Shown: one piece after another, positions 18,000 through 25,059 of the stretch | How positions within the stretch are numbered: position 1 is the stretch's first letter | How the letters are laid out: every line of letters begins with the position of its first letter | Assembly: GCA_963752565.1 (NCBI GenBank) | Contig: CAVVZC010000018.1 | Span: 7,039 to 71,038, forward strand | Length of the DNA stretch: 64,000 bases | Direction: 5' to 3' | Source of the DNA: an uncultured delta proteobacterium | Lineage (GTDB): Bacteria; Desulfobacterota; Desulfobacteria; Desulfobacterales; UBA11574 | The notes under the pieces: model-generated | Database searches by the model: none | Seen by the model: only the letters and a program-made list of their open reading frames with translations | What the model was told of the DNA's origin: nothing | Position numbers and translations under genes: made by a program

Positions 18000-19529
18000 A
18001 TGATACTGATTATCGATTTTGGTTCACAATATAACCAGCTCATTGCCCGTCGGGTCAGAGAATTCCATGTATACTGCCAGATCGATCCGCCGGATGTCGA
18101 TATTGACTATATTAAACACCTGAGCCCCAAAGGGATTATCCTTTCAGGAGGGCCATCGAGCATTTATGAAAAAAATAGCCCCAAGTGTGATGAGGCAATT
18201 TTTAATCTTAAAATTCCTGTGCTTGGAATCTGCTACGGTATGCAATTTATGATCAACGCGCTCGGGGGAACCGTTAAAAAAGCTAGAAAGCGGGAATATG
18301 GTTTTGCAGAACTTAAAGTTAAAGAAGATGCGGGTTTGTTTAAAGCTGTGGGTGGAAAAACAAAAACCTGGATGAGCCATGGTGATTCCATCACTAAACT
18401 GCCAAGTGGTTTTAAAATAACGGCATCCACTGAAAACACAAAAATTGCTTCAACGGTTCATACTAAAAAACATCTTTACGGCTTTCAGTTCCACCCTGAA
18501 GTTCACCATACGGCCAGGGGCAAAACCATGCTGCGTAACTTTCTTTTTGATGTGTGCGGTTGTAAACGGACCTGGACCATGAAATCCTTTGCCAAGGATT
18601 CGGTTTCTAAAATCAGAGACGTCGTCGGAAACAAAAAAGTTATTCTCGGTTTAAGCGGCGGTGTCGATTCATCGGTCACCGCCCTGTTGCTTCACCAAGC
18701 TGTGGGGAAAAACCTGACCTGCATATTCGTTGATAACGGCCTCCTTAGAAAGGATGAAGCTAAAAAACTCAAAAAGACCTTTAAGCAACACCTAAAAATA
18801 AACATCCGGTTTGTAAATGCCAAAACCAAATTTCTAAAAGCACTTTCTAAAATCACCGATCCGGAAATTAAGAGGAAAATTATCGGTAAAGTCTTTATGG
18901 ATGTTTTTGAAGCCGAAGCCAGAAGGATAAAAGGTGCGGATTTTTTAGCCCAGGGAACCTTGTATCCGGATATTATTGAGTCACAATCGGCTTTCGGCGG
19001 TCCGACATCGGTAATTAAATCCCATCATAATGTCGGTGGTCTTCCCAAAAATATGAAATTAAAGCTTGTTGAACCTTTAAAATATTTATTTAAGGATGAA
19101 GTTCGCCTTTTGGGCAAGGCGTTGGGTCTGGATGAAGATCTGATATGGCGACAACCTTTTCCTGGCCCGGGCCTTGCCATTAGAATCATCGGAGAAATAA
19201 ACAACAAGCGCCTTTTGATATTAAGAAATGTTGATGATATTTTGCTTGATGAAATTAAAAACAGTGGTTATTATCGAAAATTATGGCAGTCTTTTGCCGT
19301 TTTATTGCCCATAAAAAGTGTCGGTGTCATGGGAGATAAACGAACATATGAAAACATAGTTGCCATCCGGGCAGTGACAAGCAAAGATGCAATGACAGCC
19401 GACTGGGCAAGACTACCGCACAAATTACTTGGAAAAATTTCAAACCGTATCATTAATGAAGTTAGTGGCGTTAATAGAGTGGTCTACGATATTAGCTCAA
19501 AACCGCCCAGTACAATCGAATGGGAATAA
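18000..19529 (+). CDS. guaA: GMP synthase (glutamine-hydrolysing)
   Basis: GATase1 domain (ILIIDFGSQYNQLIARRVRE...GICYGMQ), ATP-PPase motif (SGGVDSSV) and conserved C-terminal ...PPSTIEWE. The ATG at 18000 is preceded by AAGAGGA. Confidence 0.95.
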   Translation: MILIIDFGSQYNQLIARRVREFHVYCQIDPPDVDIDYIKHLSPKGIILSGGPSSIYEKNSPKCDEAIFNLKIPVLGICYGMQFMINALGGTVKKARKREYGFAELKVKEDAGLFKAVGGKTKTWMSHGDSITKLPSGFKITASTENTKIASTVHTKKHLYGFQFHPEVHHTARGKTMLRNFLFDVCGCKRTWTMKSFAKDSVSKIRDVVGNKKVILGLSGGVDSSVTALLLHQAVGKNLTCIFVDNGLLRKDEAKKLKKTFKQHLKINIRFVNAKTKFLKALSKITDPEIKRKIIGKVFMDVFEAEARRIKGADFLAQGTLYPDIIESQSAFGGPTSVIKSHHNVGGLPKNMKLKLVEPLKYLFKDEVRLLGKALGLDEDLIWRQPFPGPGLAIRIIGEINNKRLLILRNVDDILLDEIKNSGYYRKLWQSFAVLLPIKSVGVMGDKRTYENIVAIRAVTSKDAMTADWARLPHKLLGKISNRIINEVSGVNRVVYDISSKPPSTIEWE

Positions 19530-19535
19530 TTAGAA

Positions 19536-20432
19536 ATGACTCAAAAAAAATCCAAAAAATTTGAGATGCCAATGGATGATGAAACTCCGGAATTCCAGGT
19601 TCAGGAAGAATTAGACGATCTTAAAGTTGAAAAGTTACACAAGCGAATTACCCGTATCTCGATCATTATCCCCTGTTTGGTTGTTGTTATTATTCTTGCA
19701 GCTTATTTTGATTTGAAAAAAAATGTCTCCAGTGTAAACACCAAAGGCAACATGGGGGTTCAAACCCTCTCCAAGGAACTTGAATCCAAGTTTTCTTCCC
19801 TTTCCATTAAGGAGGCAAATCTTGAAGATACCCTGGGCAAAAAAATTGCGGCCCTTGAAAAGACAACCGTTTCGTTGCAGACAGCTACAAAAGAGGCGAC
19901 AACAGCCATTAGGTACATTAGATCTGCAAGGAAAAAAGACAATGAAAACATCGCAAGTGCCATTAATAAAATCGAAAAGACATTGGCTTCGATTCCCAAA
20001 GACCTTGAGAAAATTTTGTCAGACTTGAATGCCATCGACAAAACATCTTCTGAAAAATTGGTAATTTTTTCTCAATTCATGAACAGCTCAAAAAATGATC
20101 TTTTAACGATACGTTCGGATATCTCATCACTAAAATCATCCAAGGCTGACCGAACCGCTCTGAAAGATCAACAGAAAGTCTACCAGTTAGCGCTGCGTCA
20201 ATTAACAATCAATCTTGAAGACAGAATAAAATCAGTCGAAAATATTTTAAAAAAACGGGGAATGGTTAATGCACCGGCCAAAAAACAAAGCCGGACCAAC
20301 CCTGAAAAATCCACGTCGTCAAATCAGACGAAAACAACATCGCCGCCCAGTTCTTCATCTCCCAAAGAAACCGATATACCAAAATCTGGTATCATTATTG
20401 AACAGGACCTTTCCCCACAAAATCCGGAGTAA
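19536..20432 (+). CDS. Membrane-anchored coiled-coil protein with Ser/Thr/Pro-rich tail, unknown function
   Basis: 298-aa ORF starting 6 nt after guaA. It has a single TM (ISIIIPCLVVVIILAAYF), heptad-like sequence and a low-complexity tail (TSSNQTKTTSPPSSSSP). Confidence 0.6.
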   Translation: MTQKKSKKFEMPMDDETPEFQVQEELDDLKVEKLHKRITRISIIIPCLVVVIILAAYFDLKKNVSSVNTKGNMGVQTLSKELESKFSSLSIKEANLEDTLGKKIAALEKTTVSLQTATKEATTAIRYIRSARKKDNENIASAINKIEKTLASIPKDLEKILSDLNAIDKTSSEKLVIFSQFMNSSKNDLLTIRSDISSLKSSKADRTALKDQQKVYQLALRQLTINLEDRIKSVENILKKRGMVNAPAKKQSRTNPEKSTSSNQTKTTSPPSSSSPKETDIPKSGIIIEQDLSPQNPE

Positions 20433-20887
20433 TTGCCACCGAACCACAACACGCCGGCATCTTTTTATCGCCATTTCGATTTAAGGTGTTGATCAAAAAT
20501 AAAACCGACAATAGAACCGAAAAGTGAAGAATCTTGGCTCAGATGGTCAGGCAAGAAAAGATCTGGAAGAAATGGGCAGACGATTCCAAGGCGCTATACT
20601 CACAGTGATTACCGGCAAAAAAACCACAAGATCGTATCTACGGCCAAAGGTCCGAAAATCGCCATTGCGTTTACAATCGATACTGGAACCTTTACGATTG
20701 TTGTGTGTCTGGAAAATAAATTTGATAAAACCAAATAAATGAGCGGTCTGGAAGTTTTTTCTTTTCAAATTGCTTAACGGATGCTTCTTTTTTATAAAAA
20801 CAGTGTGTATTGTCCATAAACCCTAAAGATTTTGACAACAAGTGCCGAAAAAACAAGAAAGGAGGTCGATGATAAGGAGAATGGGTT

Positions 20888-21118
20888 ATGGATATCGTGG
20901 TTGGGAAAATACAATCCGCTAAAGAGGAAGGAACTCACAAAAAATCTTTTTACAAAGACGGTAAAAAGACGACTTTTAAGGAAAGACGTAAAAACAAACA
21001 GGATCGACGTAAGAGTGTTAGAGAGGGGGTAATTGTATCTCTTTCTTTCAAAAATGATCGTCGTGTTCTACCGGATAGAAGAAAAGCGACTTCGCAAAAA
21101 TACCCCTACTCTATTTAG
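20888..21118 (+). CDS. Small basic protein with DRR motifs
   Basis: 76-aa ORF with AAGGAGA 8 nt upstream of the ATG. It contains QDRRKSVR, NDRR and PDRRK. Its 3' end overlaps the convergent PilZ gene by 8 nt. Confidence 0.45.
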   Translation: MDIVVGKIQSAKEEGTHKKSFYKDGKKTTFKERRKNKQDRRKSVREGVIVSLSFKNDRRVLPDRRKATSQKYPYSI

Positions 21119-21500
21119 ATGGCGCCTCTTTTATACCATCCGCTTCCTGTTTCTCTTTCCACGACTCATACGCGTAATCAAGAAGTGCCCACTTGTCTTC
21201 AGAATCTATGGTTATCAACTTGATACCACCTTCATAATTATAATCCGAATCTCCCTTGAGCGCTTTAATCCAATTCAGAGTCCCGGTAAAAAAAACCGAT
21301 TTTTCTTTATTAGGGACATCCATCATAAATTTCAGCATACAACCCAAAGAAAGTTTCGTCTTTAAGTATACCGTAACACCCATACCTTCTCTACTGATAT
21401 TCACGATGGAACACTGCTGTTTCCAATCCTCTTTATTCTCCTCTGAATACCGAGCACCAATCCTCACAGGAAACCGTAAAAATTTTCGTCTATCTTTCAC
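21111..21500 (-). CDS. PilZ domain protein (putative c-di-GMP receptor)
   Basis: N-terminal RRxxxR motif (DRRKFLR) and a downstream (D/N)xSxxG motif (NISREG). 129 aa. Confidence 0.75.
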   Translation of the reverse strand: MKDRRKFLRFPVRIGARYSEENKEDWKQQCSIVNISREGMGVTVYLKTKLSLGCMLKFMMDVPNKEKSVFFTGTLNWIKALKGDSDYNYEGGIKLITIDSEDKWALLDYAYESWKEKQEADGIKEAPSK

Positions 21501-21592
21501 TCAATTCCCTCCATTTATTGCTATGGTTTGATTTCATATTTTTACTAATGTATACTACATAGCAAATCAACCCTAAAATATAACATGACAAA

Positions 21593-21772
21593 ATGATCAA
21601 CTGCCATAAATGCAAACATTACTATGTTACGTGGGATAAAAACTTTCCCCATGGCTGCAAAGCCATGAGATTCAAATCAAAACAGCTTCCATCCATACAA
21701 GTGCGTGTCAGCTCCCAACGCGAGTGTCTTTTGTTCAGCGAGAAGGAAACCAGCAAAAAAATAAAATCATAA
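21593..21772 (+). CDS. Small Cys-rich conserved-looking protein (59 aa, below the ORF-track cutoff)
   Basis: Own translation: MINCHKCKHYYVTWDKNFPHGCKAMRFKSKQLPSIQVRVSSQRECLLFSEKETSKKIKS. The CxxC...GC...C pattern resembles a small zinc-ribbon-like family that I recall seeing variously annotated. Confidence 0.45.
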   Translation: MINCHKCKHYYVTWDKNFPHGCKAMRFKSKQLPSIQVRVSSQRECLLFSEKETSKKIKS

Positions 21773-21802
21773 TTGTTTCAAGTTGCTTATTTGAAACTTT
21801 CT

Positions 21803-22531
21803 TCAATGAGTCTTTTCAATCCTGGGAATGTCTTCCGGAAGATCAACTTCCGGAGAATCGTATTCGGTAATGATCACCCGTATTTGATACCCGTATTCAA
21901 TAGCCCGCAACTGTTCGAGTTTCTCGATCGCTTCGAGTTTGCCCTCAGGGAGGCTTCTGAATGTTTCCAGAAAGCGTCTGGTATATGCATAAATACCCAG
22001 ATGTTTGTAGGTATCAAAAATTGTGTTGGCATCCCGGGCACAGGGAATCGGCGATCTAGAAAAGTACAGCGCATACCCTCTATTATCAAAGGTCACTTTA
22101 CAATCTTTGGGATTGGTTATTTCACCTTTCTTAACAATTTTAAAGGCCAGCGTACTCATTTCAGTGCCCGGTTCGGTCTTAAATGGACTGACCACATCCT
22201 TTAAATGCTGGGGATGAACTTCAGGTTGATCCCCTTGTATATTTACTACAATATCATCAAGATCAAGGCCCATCTTTTCTGCTGCTTCCGCCACCCGATC
22301 TGTACCTGAACGGTTTTCTTTGCCGGTCATGACCGCATTACCGTCAAAACCACTTACAGCTTCAAAAATTCTCCGATCATCAGTGGCAACAACAACGTCT
22401 GTTACGATATTTGACAGACTCGCGCGTTCATATACCTGTTGGATCATGGGTTTTCCCTCAAAAAGCACAAGGGGTTTGCCCACAAACCGTGTGGAACCGT
22501 ACCTTGCAGGAATTATGACGACAATCTTCAT
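21803..22531 (-). CDS. kdsB: 3-deoxy-manno-octulosonate cytidylyltransferase
   Basis: MKIVVIIPARYGSTRFVGKPL... is canonical KdsB. The ATG at 22531 is preceded by GGAGA, so the longer ORF start at 22564 is less likely. Confidence 0.9.
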   Translation of the reverse strand: MKIVVIIPARYGSTRFVGKPLVLFEGKPMIQQVYERASLSNIVTDVVVATDDRRIFEAVSGFDGNAVMTGKENRSGTDRVAEAAEKMGLDLDDIVVNIQGDQPEVHPQHLKDVVSPFKTEPGTEMSTLAFKIVKKGEITNPKDCKVTFDNRGYALYFSRSPIPCARDANTIFDTYKHLGIYAYTRRFLETFRSLPEGKLEAIEKLEQLRAIEYGYQIRVIITEYDSPEVDLPEDIPRIEKTH

Positions 22532-22627
22532 ATCTTTCTCCACACTAAGATTTTGTTGACCCATTTATTAAGTTTGGGTTATCAATAGTGTTAACATTAA
22601 ACATCAGCTTTTAAAAGGAATTATATC

Positions 22628-23377
22628 ATGGATATGACATCTTTAAAACAGCTCCTTGACCATGTTTCCACAGGTAATATTTCGGTTGAGGATGCAGCAC
22701 AAAAATTAAAGCATCTTTCGTTTGAGGATTTAGATTATGCACATATAGACCATCATCGCTCCCTTCGCAAGGGCTTTCCTGAAGTCATCTTCGGGCAGGA
22801 AAAAACTGTCGACCAGATTATAGGTATTATGGAAAAAATGCTCGTCCAGGAAAATATCGTGCTGGTCACACGTATCCAAGCACGTCATGCGGATCAGGTG
22901 ATCTCACGCTTTCCTGATGCCGAATACCATGAAGATGCGAAAATGGTAGTTTGGAAAAAACATGACATTCCCCAAAGAGGCAAAGGTACCATTATTGTCA
23001 TATCAGCAGGAACATCAGACATACCGGTTGCCAAAGAAGCCTTGCTTACGGCACAGGTTATGGGAAACAAGGTGGAATCTGTTTTTGATGTCGGTGTTGC
23101 CGGTATTCACCGGTTGTTTGATCATAAAAAACTGATCGAAGAGGCGTCTGTTCTTGTGGTCATTGCCGGAATGGAAGGTGCGCTTCCCAGCGTGGTTGCG
23201 GGGATGGTCAGCCGACCGGTTATCGCAGTTCCCACAAGTGTGGGCTACGGTGTCAGCTTTGGCGGATTAACGGCGCTGTTTGCCATGTTGAACAGCTGCA
23301 GTTCAAATGTTGCCGTTGTAAACATCGACAACGGATTTGGGGCCGGATATATGGCTTCCATAATCAACAGAATTTAA
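22628..23377 (+). CDS. larB: LarB-like (PurE-fold) nickel-pincer cofactor biosynthesis carboxylase/hydrolase
   Basis: 249 aa with an N-terminal extension (LDYAHIDHHRSLRKGFPEVIFGQEKT) followed by a PurE/AIR-carboxylase-like fold (VISAGTSDIPVAKEA...AGMEGALPSVVAG). Confidence 0.75.
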   Translation: MDMTSLKQLLDHVSTGNISVEDAAQKLKHLSFEDLDYAHIDHHRSLRKGFPEVIFGQEKTVDQIIGIMEKMLVQENIVLVTRIQARHADQVISRFPDAEYHEDAKMVVWKKHDIPQRGKGTIIVISAGTSDIPVAKEALLTAQVMGNKVESVFDVGVAGIHRLFDHKKLIEEASVLVVIAGMEGALPSVVAGMVSRPVIAVPTSVGYGVSFGGLTALFAMLNSCSSNVAVVNIDNGFGAGYMASIINRI

Positions 23378-23470
23378 TATTTGACCATAGAAAATTTATT
23401 TCAGCCTGCTGATCCCAAAGGTTTTTAGCCATATTTAGGTGCGATACTAAAATATTTAAAAAGGAATCAT

Positions 23471-24145
23471 ATGATGAGTGTAAATGAAAAATTCTGGATA
23501 GGCGTTGGAGATATCCACGAAGATATTTCTCTTTTAAATGAAATCCCCGATTTGGCTGGTGCTACAGGCATCATCATCAGTGGTGATATTACCAACAGAG
23601 GGGGAAGGCACAGAGCTAGTCAGCTGTTAAATGAGGTATCTGTTATTAATTCTAACATCTACGCACAGATCGGAAATATGGATCGGGCTGAAATTACGGA
23701 TTATCTGGACGAAAAAGGGTGGAATATTCACGCAAAAGGCAAACAGTTGGCGGAAAATATCGGTATCATGGGGGTGGGATATTCAACACCAACGCCTTTC
23801 AGGACCCCTTCAGAGGTTCCGGATGCCATGCTGGGACAATGGCTCGAAATGGGGTATGAACACATAAAGCACCTTCCAAAACTGATATTGGTGGCCCATG
23901 ATCCCCCATTTGGATCAAAGGCAGCTGAGCTGCCTTCGGGGGAAAACGTCGGCAACACGTCCGTTCTGGAATTTATCCGGCGTGTCCAGCCGGACATCTG
24001 TCTCACCGGCCATATTCACGAGGCAGACTCCGAGGATTTTATTGGAAAAACGAAGGTGTTAAATCCGGGAATGTTGTGTATGGGCGGATATGCCCTTATT
24101 CAACTAAAGGAAGATAGATTAGAGGCTAAACTTATGTATATATAA
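23471..24145 (+). CDS. Calcineurin-like metallophosphoesterase
   Basis: Motifs GVGDIHE, SGDITNRG, GNMD, VAHDPP and TGHIHE occur in the canonical order. Confidence 0.75.
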   Translation: MMSVNEKFWIGVGDIHEDISLLNEIPDLAGATGIIISGDITNRGGRHRASQLLNEVSVINSNIYAQIGNMDRAEITDYLDEKGWNIHAKGKQLAENIGIMGVGYSTPTPFRTPSEVPDAMLGQWLEMGYEHIKHLPKLILVAHDPPFGSKAAELPSGENVGNTSVLEFIRRVQPDICLTGHIHEADSEDFIGKTKVLNPGMLCMGGYALIQLKEDRLEAKLMYI

Positions 24146-24163
24146 CAAATAATTGAAGATTGA

Positions 24164-24646
24164 TTATTGCTTATAACCGATTGCCCGTAAAAATTCCTTT
24201 CGTTCCTTGATATCCGCTTCGGTTTCAATACCCTTTGTTTTAAAACCGTCAACGACACCGATAATTCCTCGCCCCTGTTCTGTTTCTGCGATAAGGACTT
24301 CCACAGGATTTGCCGTGGCACAAAAAATCCTGCAAACTTCAGGAACATTTTTTATGGCGTTCAATACATTGATGGGAAACATGTCTTTCATAAAGAGGAT
24401 GAAACTGTGGCCCGCCGAAAGGGCATAGGCATTTTTCTTTGCCAGTTCAATGAGGTCGTCATCTGTCCCCGAATATCGCACAAGACACGGTCCTGAAGAT
24501 TCACAAAATGCCAGACCGAATTTTGCCCCGGGTACGGTATTCACCATCGTCTCATAGATATCTTCGACTGTCTTGATGAAGTGAGAATGTCCTAAGATCA
24601 AATTTAATTCATCCGGTTTTTCGATCTTGACCGTCTTGATGTCCAT
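24164..24646 (-). CDS. Adenosine-specific kinase family protein (PF04008-like)
   Basis: The 161-aa core [32 protein letters not shown]...[11 protein letters not shown]...[31 protein letters not shown] matches my memory of this family. The start is taken at the ATG preceded by GGGGG, not at the 227-aa ORF start. Confidence 0.75.
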   Translation of the reverse strand: MDIKTVKIEKPDELNLILGHSHFIKTVEDIYETMVNTVPGAKFGLAFCESSGPCLVRYSGTDDDLIELAKKNAYALSAGHSFILFMKDMFPINVLNAIKNVPEVCRIFCATANPVEVLIAETEQGRGIIGVVDGFKTKGIETEADIKERKEFLRAIGYKQ

Positions 24647-24656
24647 AATCCCCCCG

Positions 24657-24950
24657 TTAATTTCTTCTGTCTTTGCCGGTTCTTCGGTCCAGGCCTTTTC
24701 TTCGCTCCTGGCCGCTCCTTCGCTCCCTGCCGCTTCTTTTGCGCCAGATGACCCAGCTTTCGGATTGGTAAAGATCACCGGAAAAGTCAAAAGCACATTG
24801 ATGCTGTGAACACCCTGATTTGAAGATGTCCGCCATTCTGACGGCATCTTCGGTCATCATTGACAGCTGTCCACAAGGTGTGTCGTCAATAACCACAGTA
24901 AAGCTTGTATCCTTAGGATCCGATTCATCGAATTTTAAATGTATTTTCAT
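24657..24950 (-). CDS. Small protein with C-terminal tandem x-(D/E)-R-R-x-G hexapeptide repeats
   Basis: The ATG at 24950 is preceded by GAGGGAAGG. The tail [28 protein letters not shown] is encoded by four 18-nt tandem units (24660-24743). The stop lies 10 nt upstream of the adenosine-kinase-like start. Confidence 0.5.
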   Translation of the reverse strand: MKIHLKFDESDPKDTSFTVVIDDTPCGQLSMMTEDAVRMADIFKSGCSQHQCAFDFSGDLYQSESWVIWRKRSGRERRSGQERRKGLDRRTGKDRRN

Positions 24951-25059
24951 ATTACAGCCTTCCCTCAGAGCCCATAGCACCACCGGTAATCAATTGAATA
25001 CCCTCAGGCTATGAGAAATTTTATTGTGTGTCAAGAAAAAGGGGTAAGACTTTAACCTG

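Noticed and set aside
20524-20768. Overlapping 72- and 73-aa ORFs on opposite strands in the 20433-20887 gap
   Set aside because: They mutually overlap, lack SD sequences and have no recognisable motifs. I could not support either as a gene or identify an RNA family.
24660-24743. The four 18-nt tandem repeats as a mini CRISPR or non-coding VNTR
   Set aside because: There are no spacers. The units are contiguous, in frame and codon-periodic within an ORF, so they are treated as a coding repeat.
24647-24847. 67-residue N-terminal extension of the adenosine-kinase-family ORF ([27 protein letters not shown]...)
   Set aside because: It is the out-of-frame reading of the 18-nt repeat region that encodes the (D/E)RRxG tail. 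The family core begins at MDIKTV with its own G-rich SD.
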